DNA of 64,000 nt, from contig OZ024741.1 of the NCBI GenBank assembly GCA_964016885.1, positions 167,586,001 through 167,650,000 on the forward strand, given 5' to 3'. This DNA is from Eledone cirrhosa. Lineage: Eukaryota. Below are positions 37,441 through 49,998 of the stretch, piece by piece; the stretch's first letter is position 1; each line of letters opens with the position of its first letter. A model generated the notes under the pieces. The model made no database searches, had not been told where the DNA came from, and saw only the letters and a list, made by a program, of their open reading frames with translations. The translations under genes and the position numbers were made by a program.

Positions 37441-38044
37441 TTTCTTTTGCATGTCCTTATCTTAAACAAATCACTTATATTTTTATGCAACTTTCTTTTA
37501 AATTCACTTGTTTGGTTCATTTACATTATATTCAACATATTTTTAAAGGTTAATAATAAGATAATTAATTATATTATGAAATCTCTTTAAATTCTTGATT
37601 ATTTTCCAAATTAATTGAAATCATAGGCAGTGCCTTTCATTAGAAATATGGTAATGAAAGGGTTAATGTAATTCCCAGGGAGGTTCAGAGGAACAAAGTG
37701 TGACACAAGGCCATTAATAAAAATACAGAAAAATGATTTCTACTTGCTTCTTTAGTCAATAAATGGAGAAAAGTTATCAATGAGAAATATATGCTTGGTG
37801 TCTTTTGGCAGTGTTTTTATTTTTAGTTTAGGTGTTTGCCTTTGACAGATACACAAAATTTAATACAAATTTCTGTTTGTATCTTTTACATTTTGAAAAA
37901 GATTCTTGCTTTTTGTGGGGCACCTAATTTCATCTTTCGGCATTCCAGTCTGCCAAGGTGCACAGTTTGTGAAAACTTACTACACTGTCACTTGATCTGC
38001 TGGAAGTAGCAGCCAAATTCCTTCAATTCACACCTACTGGCACA

Positions 38045-39361
38045 CCATGACCAAATCCTAGAAAATCTAGAGAATGGATACAACACAGATGTTATTTACC
38101 TCGACTTTGCCAAGGCATTTGACAAGGTAGATCATGGCATCCTGGGACAAAAACTTCGAAAGCTAGGAGTAGGAGGAAAAGTTGGTACATGGATACATGA
38201 GTTCCTTACAAATAGAACTCAAACAGTCACTGTGAATGGAACCCATTCAACACCATCACCTGTGACCAGCAGTGTTCCTCAGGGTACAGTACTCGGCCCA
38301 ATCCTGTTTCTCATCCTCATCTCTGACATAGATGAAGATACAACCAGCAACGTCTCATCCTTTGCTGATGACACCAGGGTCATGAGACAAATCAAAGACG
38401 AGGTGGATACAGAGGCCTTACAAAAGGACCTGACCACCATATACAAATGGCAGGAAACAAACAACATGTTGTTCAATGATAAGAAGTTTGAACTAATTCG
38501 CTACGGAACAGATCAAGATCTGAAAAATATAACAAACTACAGAAACCCATCAGGACAACAAATAATGGAAAAACAGTGTGTGAAAGATTTAGGCATCCAC
38601 ATGGGAACCAGCCTAAAATTCAGAGAACACCTTGACTCAGTCTGTCTTACTGCAAGAAAGTACAGCGGGTGGATCTTGCGCACCTTCAAATCAAGAGATA
38701 CCTCAACAATGAAAACCCTCTGGAACAGTATGATACTTCCGAGGATTGACTACTGTTCTCAGTTGTGGTCACCAACAACAAAGGGCCAACTATCTAAGAT
38801 GGAATCGCTCCAAAGAAATTTTACCTCATACTTCTCAGAAACGAGGGACCTGGACTATTGGCAAAGACTCAAAACCTTGAAGATGTACTCAATAGAAAGA
38901 AGATTTGAGCGATACCGAATTATATACATTTGGAAAATGATAGAGCAAAAGGTGCCAAACTTTGGTATCAAAACCTACCACTCACTGCGTCATGGAAGAC
39001 GCTGCCAGCTACCACCAATCAACAAAAAGGCTGGCCAGGCAGCAAAAACCCTGCGAGAGTCAAGTCTGTTGGTTCGAGGGGCACAACTATTCAACTCCAT
39101 TCCGGTACATGTCAGAAATCTATCAGGATGCAATGTGGAATCATTCAAATTGCAGCTGGATAGATACTTAAGCACCATTAGAGATGAACCCCATCTCCCA
39201 GGATATACACAACGAGCACAAACTGACTCAAACTCGCTCCTACACATGTCAAAATTAAACAGAGAATACAACCTGGCAACCACACCAGACTCTGAGGGTG
39301 GAGTCTTCGACTTGGCCTGAGCATGGACTCAAATGAAATGAAATGAAATGAAATGAAATGA
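38045..39361 (+). mobile_element. Second CR1/Jockey-group LINE family, 5'-truncated, (GAAAT)n tail
   Basis: Open frame from ~38050 (DVIYLDFAKAFDKVDH) through VPQGTVLGPILF, FADDT, RIDYCSQLW and LFNSIP to stop at 39320; tail 39331-39361. Confidence 0.93.
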
Positions 39362-39579
39362 TTTAAAAAAAATAAGTTTTAGAAAAAAACAAAACAAAAC
39401 AAAAAAAAAACACACACAAAAAAGATGGGGATAGCTGGAATGCCCTTGATTATAGGTCTGCTAATTGAGGGCTGACCTGGGATTAAACAATAGTAACATA
39501 TCCACCTACCAAACAATTTGGTGCTAATGTTATTCTGTCTGTTTACCCAATTGATTAGTTTTTCAACTAAATGCCAGTT

Positions 39580-39672
39580 TGAAAAAATAAGTGCTGGGGT
39601 TCATATGACCAACTAAATCAAGACAGTGCCCCAGCATGGCTGCAGTCTAATGTTTAAAATAAGTGAAAGGAT
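39580..39672 (+). mobile_element. Degenerate SINE 3' part
   Basis: aagtgctggggttc...cagtgccccagcatggctgcagtctaatg. Confidence 0.6.
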
Positions 39673-39714
39673 TAAAGAATTCTGTTTTTGTTAAGTCCTC
39701 TCAAAACATATGTT

Positions 39715-41283
39715 CTTGTACACATCCATCGGGGCATACAGGCTTTGTTTCTTTCTAATCTATGCAAGTCTTCCACAGACAGCGCCCAGGTCTCACTACC
39801 ATGTAACATTGCTATTCGTATACATGCATCATACAGTCTGCCTTTCATTTTGAGGGAAAAGCCTTTTGCAGCTAGCAGTGGCAGTAGCTCCCTGAACTTC
39901 TTCCATCCCGTTCTTACCCTAGTTACTGTATTTTCTGAACACCCACCTCCGCTGCTAATTCGGTCACCTAGGTAGCAGAAGCTGTCTACTGTTTCTACAG
40001 AGCCCTCCCAGAGTTTGGTGGTACTTGTTTCCTGTGGCTGTTTGCTGCTTGCTGTCCCAGCACAGCTGCTACATGTGAAGCCTACATTCTTAGTTAAGCT
40101 TCCTGAGATCCCGCTACATCTCTTGTGTACCCATTGTTTACATTTGGGGCAGAGAATGGAGTTCCTACCTACACCTTTCCTACATACTGAGCAAGGCCAT
40201 TTTCCTGAGGGGATCTGGGTTCTGTTTTCTCGTCTACTTACAAGGACCTTAGTCTTTGTCAGGTTGACTTTGAAACCCTTTCTTTCTAGTCCCTGCTTCC
40301 AAGTTTGGAATTTCTTCTCTAGTTCTACCATAGATTCAGCTATAAGTGCGAGGTCATCTGCATACAGGAGTTCCCATGGGCATCCGGTCTTAAACTCCTC
40401 TGTTATTGCCTGCAGGACTATGATGAACAGGAGAGGGCTAAGAACAGAGCCCTGGTGGACACCGACCTGTATGCTAAATTCCTCGCTATACTCATTTCTA
40501 ATCCTAACTTTGCTGACTGCTCCCCTATACATGGCTTGTACAGCTTTCACAAGCCATTCATCTACTCCTAGTTTTCTAAGAACCCACCAGATTATAGCAT
40601 GGGAAACTCTGTCAAAGGCTTTCTCGAGATCGACGAATGCCAGGTAGAGTGGCTTACTTTTAGCTAGGAACTTTTCCTGTAACTGCCTCACAAGGAAGAG
40701 GGCATCAGTGGTGCCTCTTCCTGGTACAAACCCAAATTGCATCTCATCTAGTTTCACCCGGTCCCTAATCAACTGTGCTATAACTCTTTCTGTTACTTTC
40801 ATGACCTGGTCCATCAGCTTTATACCTCTATAGTTTCCTCTATCTAGTGCATCACCTTTACCTTTGTAGCAGTTGACAATGATGCTACTGCACCAATCCT
40901 TTGGTATGACACCTTCTAGTATTACCTGGTTAACAATACGTGTGGTTATGGTGTGACCTACCGACCCAGATGCCTTCAGCATCTCGGCAGCTATACCCGA
41001 TGGACAGGTTACCTTCCCCGTCTTCATATTTTTAATTGCCTTACTTACTACGCTGCTGCTGACTTGTACTGCTGGCCCCTCTATAGGGTCTACTTGGGGT
41101 AGGGTTTCTAAGTATACTTGTCGCCTAGCTTCCCTCCTGGTCTCTATGTAATGTACCCTGCTTCCCCCGTTCTTCCATTCTTTCCATGCCTGTCTCTTGG
41201 CCTTAACTGCCTCATCTACCTTGTTCCACCACCAAGTCACTCTCCTCCTGCCTGTGGTCTTACTCCAGCCACAGATCTCATCC
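39715..41283 (-). mobile_element. RTE LINE family B internal fragment (RT plus PHD-like finger), truncated at both ends
   Basis: 538-aa ORF nearly identical to 15481-17847 in the RT region; in-frame deletion at ~41108 (VYL|ETLP). Confidence 0.93.
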
Positions 41284-41467
41284 CACACCTTTAGTAAGTT
41301 ATTTTATTTATGGTACATAGTAAATGTTGTAAGTAAAATGGAGGGCTGTCTTTCTTATCTACTAGATCTACAAAGTCTCAATTTAAAATAATATATGGTA
41401 CATTGAAAATGTATGTTAAAATAGAGGTATAACTTATCTACTGGATCTATAAAGTCTCAATTTAAAA

Positions 41468-41588
41468 TAATTGTTTCTACTTCTGGCACAAGGCCAGCAA
41501 TTATCCCATTGTATTACTGGTACTTTATTTTATCGACCCCGTAAGGATGAAAGGCAAAGTTAACCTCGGCGGGATTTGAACTCAGAAT
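41468..41588 (-). mobile_element. SINE fragment
   Basis: Reverse strand ttctgagttcaaatccc (B-box-like)...cctttcatcct...ggggtcgataaaataaagtaccag; flanked by a duplicated aattyaaaataat. Confidence 0.75.
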
Positions 41589-44500
41589 GGCAATTCAAAA
41601 TAATGTATGGTAGATAGTAAATGTATGTAAAACGGAGGTGTGTCTTATACATGAGTATATTCATTAATTAAAATGTCTAAGTCCAGTTGATAAATTATGT
41701 TAGCACCCTACTTTACAATTAACTTCTCATGTAGCAGGCATTCTTACTCCCTACGCAATCATTCTTCTTTCTGTATATCTTTGTATTGGACGTTTGAGTG
41801 GTAATAGCTAGAAGCTTGGTCTGTTTTTTTAAAAATATTTTCATCTCATCAATGTAATGAGAACTGGTGTGTTATACTTCATTATTAACTTCTCATGCAG
41901 CAAGTGTCCCTGGATATATCTCCATCCATAACCTTCTTACTCTTGTTCTTCTTCTTTCTATATAGCTCTGTGCACTGGACATTTGAGTGATAAGTATCAT
42001 ATAGCCACAAGCTTAGTCTATATTTTTTTAGATTTTAATCTTTTCAGTGATGTTTCCAATGTAAAGTGGAATATCTGTCCATAGGTATTGAGATAAACAT
42101 AAAAAACGTAAAAGCAACAAACCCCAAACACCCCAACAAATTCCCTTTTATCCAAAAGCAGTTGACTATATTAGATTAGGAATCATGCTACATTTGAAGG
42201 AAACAGTTATTGAATTAGAGATGGAGAAAGAAAAATGTTAATGCTAGAATTTGTTTATGCAGACTGTTAAACTAATAAACATTGTGCAGACTTTTCTAGT
42301 TATATCTGTCTTATTTCAATAGAGAGGATTATTCTACTGTGTTTCCAAGAGCCAACAAGGGGACCTCTATATGGTTGCTAGGTCTGGCTAGAAATAGCAG
42401 CCAAATTTTCCTCAAATCAGATACTTAATTGCCTCTAAAAATAAATGAAGGATTTATATTGGATAATTTAATCCTAGTTACACTACACAACAAACATTTT
42501 AAGGTCATATTCTCGTCTAAAGCAGGAGTTAGCTTTACAGGCCACATGACATTATATATTGATCATTATAGGTCCTTTTTGAAGCAATATTTTACAACTG
42601 AATTTCCTTCCTGGTGAAAACCCATTTAGTCACCTCTTACAACATGCAAGGATAAGGTACATCTATTCTAATACACACAAGTACTAGATACACATTCATC
42701 ATCATCATCATATATCTATTTTCCATGCTAATATAGGTTGAATAGGCCCTCACAGACCAAATCAGCACTCAGCTGGGGCTGCTCTCCTCACAGATGGGCT
42801 GGGAGGGTGTGTGCCTTGTTTACGTGTTTCTACACTTTACAGAGTGTACTGGGTGCATTTTACCATGGTACCAGCAATATGGTGATTGTTGTTTTCTTGA
42901 TACAAGTGAAGAGTCCTCTCAACCTTTTGTTTGAAATCTTGTAGAAACCATACCATAACTGGAATATAAACAAAGCAAGACATAGTCATTGGTCAATCTT
43001 GAAGGGTAGTAGCCCTGTTTAGTAATGTCAATGTCTTGATCTGTAAGGATCATTCCAACCGATGCCAACACGGAAAAGCAGATGATGTAAAACGACGATG
43101 ATGATATTTTATTTGTGTAAGTTTCTGTCAGAGACATCTAACTGATCACTGGCTTTAAATGTAATCAAAACTATTACTCTAAAATTACCAGCAACGTATA
43201 TCATTGCTACCCCAATGATACAAACCTGGACAGTGTGGGAGGATGCTTTCTGGCTTGCAGAACCCCTGCCGCAAGCCACCTTGTGATCCCAATGGACAGA
43301 ATAGAGAAAACATTGTCTTAGAAGATAGCGAGGGAAACACATTGAAATAGCCATTCCAACTTGCAAGGCTCACTTCTGTAGGTGACCAACTCCACCCTGA
43401 TATCAGTATTGGGTCCATCTATACTGGGACACTGCTTTCTGGTCTACAGTCAATGACTTTGAATCCAGTACTTATCTTAACTGATACTTACTTTACTGAC
43501 CTCAGAAGAACGGGAAGTAAAAGTGAACCTGAACTCAGAATGTAAAGGGACATAGCTATATATCACATAGTGTTTTGACTGACACTCTCTACGATTTCTG
43601 TCACTCCTGCACCCTCCTCCCATCATATATACACATACAGAGGGCCCCACATCTTACACAGTCAATTTTTTTCTCAGAGCTTCATGTTATTCAATGACCA
43701 TGTATATTTAAGAACCTTATATAACAGTGGCTATGTACATTGATGTTGTGGAGGAGGAGACATAATGTCAGGTTCTCTGGAGGTTAAGAACTCATAAAAA
43801 TAACGATATCTGTAAGGTTAGAGTTTTCTCCCTTACATTAGGTTATGCAGTTTCATGTGGAACAGGACATTAAGTTTTAGAACTTGATTAAATTAACCCT
43901 TTTGATACCAAACCATTTATAATACAAAGCTGTTTGTTTTAGATGTTAATATTTATCTAAAAACCTTGCATCATAATTATATATAAGAACCCTTGCTTAA
44001 TAATGAGAAAGTTGGTTATTTGTTAAACACTTCCAAATTTTTGATTATTTTCAAAATTATTTTGTGTTTTCTGTCTGTCAGTCAGTCAGTCTGTCTCCCC
44101 ATTCTCTCTACCATTCTATCTGTCCATTTATTTATCTCTAAATTTACCAACATATATACACACAGATACAGATAAACACACATACGTACACAAACAGAAA
44201 TGCGCACATACACGCACACACATGAAGACACACACAAATACATGTCCACATATGCATATGTCCTGATATTTAAATTACTTTCTATTAATGACTGCAGCAA
44301 ACTTAATCAGTATGCTGTTGACCCCTCATTCCCCTGTCACCATTTCCTTCTTTCTTTTTCCCTTCCTTCCCATTATCACATTTGAAATGGTTGTGTTTAA
44401 AATTACATGCAATACTTCACAGTATTCCTCTATCATCTTACACTATATATTCTTGTGTTGAACTTTATTATATAACTCTCCACCTCCTATATTATTCAAT

Positions 44501-44894
44501 ACCTATTAGTTGTCTATCAAACTGCTTTCCTTCCTTTCATGTGAAAGCATGTAGCTGAGTGGTTAGGGTGTTCGACTAATAATCAAAAGATTGTGAGATT
44601 GAATCTTCAACTGGATGGTGTATTGTGTACTAGACCAAGACGTTTGATTTCATAGTGCTCTTCATTATATGTAGGACTAGGGTCCCTATCATTAAAATGC
44701 CTAAGAAATCTATGAGATGCAACCGTGTAGGAGGCCAGCTAAAGCTACATTACTGTGAGCTATAATAAGAAGATAATAGGACTAGGGCCTCTATCATTAA
44801 AATATCCAACAAACCATTTATGAGATACAACCATTTAATATTTTTGGGGTTTCAGTCATTAAACTGTGGCCATGCTGGATCACTGCCTTGATTT

Positions 44895-45073
44895 TCAGCC
44901 ATTCAGTTCTATCGCTCTCGCCACTCCACTCCTGTTGGCTTCCAGTTTTCTTACTCCAGCCTCACTGTCATGCCTTCAGCTGCCACAGGTCCGTCCTCTC
45001 TTCCTCTTACCCTGCAGGTTCCAAGTCAGGGTTTGGTATGTGGTGTTGGATGCTGGTTTTCTGAGGGTATGTC
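44895..45073 (-). mobile_element. RTE LINE family D, C-terminal fragment abutting the gap
   Basis: HTLRKPASNTTYQTLTWNLQGKRKRGR is an RTE C-terminal motif. Confidence 0.75.
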
Positions 45074-45273
45074 NNNNNNNNNNNNNNNNNNNNNNNNNNN
45101 NNNNNNNNNNNNNNNNNNNNNNNNNNNNNNNNNNNNNNNNNNNNNNNNNNNNNNNNNNNNNNNNNNNNNNNNNNNNNNNNNNNNNNNNNNNNNNNNNNNN
45201 NNNNNNNNNNNNNNNNNNNNNNNNNNNNNNNNNNNNNNNNNNNNNNNNNNNNNNNNNNNNNNNNNNNNNNNNN
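45074..45273. other. Assembly gap (200 N)
   Basis: Run of n. Confidence 1.
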
Positions 45274-45509
45274 GAGAGATACACACACACCTAAAGATCA
45301 CCTCTGCTTGTGTGTTTACCTGAATGTGTATGCACACCTACATATACAAGATGAATTGTGCTCACATATATGTGTGTGGATTTAGACATATACATGTATG
45401 CCTACACACCTATCCAACTGGTCTAGCAAAATGCCTCTGTTACTGGCTGAGGGCTCATTTAACTTCCATATCCTTCTCCTCCAGATGGCCTTCCATCTCC
45501 AAGTTTGTC

Positions 45510-46340
45510 TAGATCTAACAATGAAATCGCTAACTACTAGATTACATTAGGAGATGCACTCATCACCAGGGAAGGATCTTGTGTTAACAACCGTCACTCT
45601 AACTCGTTCTCTAGTAAGGATAGAGTCTATCTGACTAGTTTGTTCATCAGATATATAGGGGATCAGGTGGCTGTTGAGCTTTTTGAAGTTTGTATTGCCT
45701 ACAGATAGATCATTTGCATTGCAGAATTTTAGAAGCCTGAAACCTTCTTCGTTTCTCGTGACAAACCCATCGCCTCCATGGACTCTGTAAAAGCCATCAC
45801 AGTGTTGTCCAATGAGTCCATTAAAGTCCCCTGCAATAGGAAGTCACTGACATTTGTTAGGGTAGTAATATGCATTAGGGTTTCATAAACTTATCTTTTA
45901 GTTCATCTAATTGAGGTGCGTATGTAGATATAATTGTAACCATTGTTCTATTTAGGACTAGTCAAGTTTAATGATTCTCTCGTTCACTCTATTTACAGAG
46001 ATTACTTTATCTACCCATTTTTCAGTTAATAAAATATCTACTTCCCCCAGCCCCTTGTCATTGCCCACCCAGAAAAATTTGTAGCACTGTTTTTTGCCAA
46101 CAAGGATTCCAGCCGACTCTCCTCTCCATCTAGTCCCTTTCACACAGTATACATCAATTTTCATTCACTTTAGTATCTCTATAATCTTTCCATTTCTTCC
46201 TTTCATTGTGCCCACATTGATGGTGCCAATCATGAAGTTTGAAAGCTTGCCATTAGGTGGATACTCGCAGAGGTGCGTGTTTGCTTTCTGTATCTGAAAT
46301 AAAGAAGGGTTTCATGGTTGCCTGGGAACGTATGGATTCA
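45510..46340 (-). mobile_element. Decayed RTE endonuclease region
   Basis: TRWRGESAGILVGKKQCYKFFWVGNDKGLGEVDILLTEKWVDKVISV; homologous to 17100-17780. Confidence 0.88.
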
Positions 46341-46903
46341 TATGTTGCTCAGAACATCGACCTCCTGGAAACTGTTGAGAGACGTGCAACCAAGCGCATA
46401 CCCTCCATCAGACACCTACCATACTCTGAATGCCTTCTTTCCCTGGGCATGGATACATTGAAACTCCGACGTCTGGCAATGGACTTGGTAAACACCCACA
46501 AAGTTATTAACCATCTTGCCAACAACAACACTGAGCACCTTTTTGATCTCCATGTGTCTAACACTCGTGGATATGCCTACAAAATCAGAAAACAGCACAG
46601 CTCCCAAGACTTTCGGAAACATTTTTTCCCACTTAGAGTTACTGAAGCATGGAACAAACTGCCTGTGTCAGTTGTTAGCTGCCGAGACACTGCATCCTTT
46701 AAAACCCTCATGCTTACCGAAATTTGCCAAAACTACACCTGATGTCCCCCTTCCATACACATGCACACATCATGACTCATGCACTGTTCATTTTCCTGAT
46801 GTTTGTACATTACCCTATATACTATATATACATTTTTGATGAGTTGTAGTGCACCTGAGCACTGTACACACTATTTTCATTATTATTATTATTATTATTA
46901 TTA
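46341..46903 (+). mobile_element. CR1-group LINE 3' fragment
   Basis: LLETVERRATKRIP...RKHFFPLRVTEAWNKLP; (TAT)n tail. Confidence 0.92.
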
Positions 46904-47921
46904 TGTCTATATTTAGGGTTGCTCCATCATTGTAGTCCATCTGTAATAAACAGAAAAACCTCCAAGAAGAATACAAATGATAGTAGCAGTAGTAGTTATT
47001 GCTATGAATTGTGAGTCAATGTATATATGTATTGCTGTGGTTTGATAAGACTATATAGGTAAGGTGGTGTGTGGAGTGGGTGGGAGGGTAAGGTGATGTG
47101 TGTGAGGGTGGGTGGGGTTGAAATGGGGAGATAGAGTTAGGTAACTGAATTAGTGTCTTAACTGAACTTGTAACAAGAGACATGAAATAGTATAAATAAA
47201 ATGTCTGAATAAGCCATGTAATAACATGGAGAACAAATTTCGAAGCTTGTAATTATGAATGGTCATCAAATGATGGAGAAGGTAAAGATTTTTAAATACT
47301 TGAATGCATATATGAGAGAGAACTGAACTAGTGTCTTATAAGACAGGAAGGTGGTAGAGAAAGATGTAGCGAGAGAATGGAAGAGAGAAAAAGAGAAGAA
47401 TGTTGGAAGATAGACATTATTGGTAGAGTCATGAAATAGGATGAAATAAAGTGAAATAAAGTAAGGTAACTGAATTAGTGTCTTAACTAAACTTATAACA
47501 TATGGTAAATAAAATGTCCGAATAGGTCATGTAATAATATGGTGAAAATATTTTTAAGCTTGTAAATATGAATGATCGTCGAATGATAGGGAAGTTAAAG
47601 AATTTTTAAATACTTAAATTCATGTGTGAGAGAGAATGGATTAAAGTGTTGAATTTTTCTATACAATTCTCCACCTCCTATGTTATTCTACACCAGTTGT
47701 CTCTGAGAGTGCTTATTTTCCTTGCTAGCAGGGAAAAGGGACAATAAACAATGATGACAGCATATACGTTGGGCTTTTGCAGTTTCTTTTTACCAAATTC
47801 CACTCACATGCTACAGAGGTTGTCAGAAAATTGACAGAGCCAGAGGTTTCTCACTATGTTGTTTCAGTCAGTTCATTCATATATCCATTTATATTCATAT
47901 ATAAAGCTAATTAAAGTTATA

Positions 47922-48110
47922 TAGGTGTATGTCTGGCTGTGGAGTTAAGGAGTATGCTTTCCAACCATGTGATTCTAGGTTCAGTTCTACTCTGTGGCAC
48001 CTTGAGCAAGTGTCTTCTACTATAGCTTTGGGTTGACCAATCCCTTCTGAGTAAAATTTTGTATAGGAATTTGGAGAAGCCCATCATATGTATATATATA
48101 TATATATATA
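47922..48110 (+). mobile_element. tRNA-derived SINE (octopus-type) with microsatellite tail
   Basis: A-box tggctgtggagtt, B-box ggttcagttc, then ggcaccttgagcaagtgtcttctactatagc (CORE-like). Confidence 0.78.
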
Positions 48111-48500
48111 TAATAATTGTTTCTACTTTTGGCACAAGGCCAGCAATTACCCCAGTGTATTACTGGTGCTTTATTTCATCAATGCTATAAGGATGAAAGG
48201 CAAAGCTAACCTCAGTGGGATTTGAACTTAGAACATAAAGGGTCGTAACTCAGTGCTGTAAAGCAGGGTGCCTAGCACTCTACTGATACTGCCAATCCAT
48301 CGCCTTTTAGTTAATGATAATAATTGTTTCTACTTTTGTCACAAGACCAGCAATTATCCCAGTGCATTACTGGTACTTTATTTTATCGACCCCATAAGGA
48401 TGAAAGGCAAAGTTAATCTCGGTGGGATTTGAACTCAGACCGTAAAGGGCCGTAACTCTATGCTGTAAAGCATAGCGTCCGACCCTCTACCGATACTGCT
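48111..48500 (-). mobile_element. Two tandem SINE copies (48111-48305, 48320-48500)
   Basis: Both match 41468-41588 and 53605-53750. Confidence 0.8.
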
Positions 48501-48912
48501 CCAACCAAGGGTTCAGACAGAGTTGATAACATTTTATTAATCTTATATACGCTTCAACAAATAAAGGAAAGATTAAAGATGTGATGTCAAATTTTTCTCT
48601 CATTTTAGAAAGATTTTAACGTATGAGAATAAACCACCATACTAGCTATCTGGCTTAATACAAAAGAACAAATCAAAAGAAAGATTTACCTTCACATATT
48701 AATTTCATTTCAATCATTTCCTTAGTGACTTAAAAATACATGAATCCATATCAAATCGAGGAGAGGTAAATCTCCTAAAGAGGATATTACTATATCTGAA
48801 GAAACAATTGAAATTAAATTAATATATGTAGGGAAATCTTTTTTACATTTTGTCTTGTTTTAAGCCTGATAACTAATATATAGATTTAATTCCATATACT
48901 GGAATATTACTG

Positions 48913-48949
<37 letters not shown>

Positions 48950-49049
48950 ATTTTTCTTCAGTTGTAACACACACATATTTGTACAAGTAGCACCATTTTA
49001 GGCTTGTACGCACCCATATACATTTATATACTGACATACCCATATGTAT

Positions 49050-49082
<33 letters not shown>

Positions 49083-49279
49083 CACAGCAATTGTCCACAT
49101 GAGTATATAGATATTCATATGCCTTATATTGTTGTGTCATCAACTCATATAATTTACCTTATATATTATATATATGTAATATATATAATATATGAATCAG
49201 AATATAATCAATTTGAAACTGGTTAGACCATTACTCAACAGAGTACTGGATACTTTGGGTAGTAGAGTATGGTTATATT

Positions 49280-49399
49280 ATAAAGAGTCAGGGCCCGACG
49301 GCTGAGCTCTTGCTGTTTCAACAGCTAGTTCCAGGTTTGCAGTTTTGGAACAAGTTGTTGAAATGGCAAGAGCTCAGCTGTCGGGTCCCCACTCTTTAT
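49280..49399. repeat. ~120-bp near-perfect hairpin made of two inverted hammerhead 3' halves
   Basis: ataaagagt..gggcccgacggctgagctcttgctgtttcaacagc...gttgttgaaatggcaagagctcagctgtcgggtccccactctttat. Confidence 0.85.
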
Positions 49400-49433
49400 T
49401 ATATATATATATATATATAGTAAGGTGTAATAT

Positions 49434-49750
49434 TCATCATCATCATCAACGTTTAACGTCCGTGTTCCACACTTGCATGGGTTTGGACGGGGGTTTTCCC
49501 ACTTGAGGCAAGAGTGATTGTCTTGCTCGCATAGGACTGTCTGGCGGGTTTTCTATAGCTGGATGCCCTTCTTAACACCAACCACATTTACAGTGTGGGG
49601 CTGGGAGGTTTTTACCATGTTGCCTACACGGCCACATTACAGCGTGGACTGTGTGTTTTTTTGTCGTGACACCTACACAACCTCATTTGTTTTGGCCTGG
49701 ATATTGTGGCACTAACATAACTTTACATTGAAAGGGGCGGTGTGGATGGG
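49434..49750 (-). mobile_element. RTE family A 3'UTR fragment
   Basis: Matches the reverse complement of 53220-53555. Confidence 0.9.
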
Positions 49751-49820
49751 GATATTAGTTGTGTAAAATGGTCCAATAACTTTAAGTTAGCAATATTAAG
49801 TTCTGAATTTGAAGACAATT

Positions 49821-49906
49821 CATTTTCACCTGATGAGATCAGTGATAATCGATCATGGCTTCACAATCGATCTATCTCTTATTGAAACATGTGTCGTGAT
49901 GAAATG
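49821..49906 (+). ncRNA. Type I hammerhead ribozyme with imperfect long stem II
   Basis: cauuu-ucac CUGAUGA gaucagugaua-aucgau...aucgau-cuaucucuuauu GAAA caugug UC guga-ugaaaug; GUC triplet. Confidence 0.75.
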
Positions 49907-49998
49907 ATTGGAATTTTACCTTGCCTTCGGATTTTCATTTTGATATATATATATATATATATATTGGAAAATGTGTGAGATCCTTGGTACAGTTAGGC

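Noticed and set aside
37890-37950. Possible small exon
   Set aside because: Weak splice signals and no recognisable peptide.
43190-43400. GC-richer complex stretch as a host exon
   Set aside because: All three plus frames stop, and there are no convincing splice boundaries; probably an old repeat.
47922-48000. tRNA gene
   Set aside because: Only degenerate A/B boxes continuing into a SINE body; no cloverleaf.
48790-48832. CTGAAGA...GAAA hammerhead-like motif
   Set aside because: Stem II is only 2 bp, stem I is out of register, and the context is very AT-rich.
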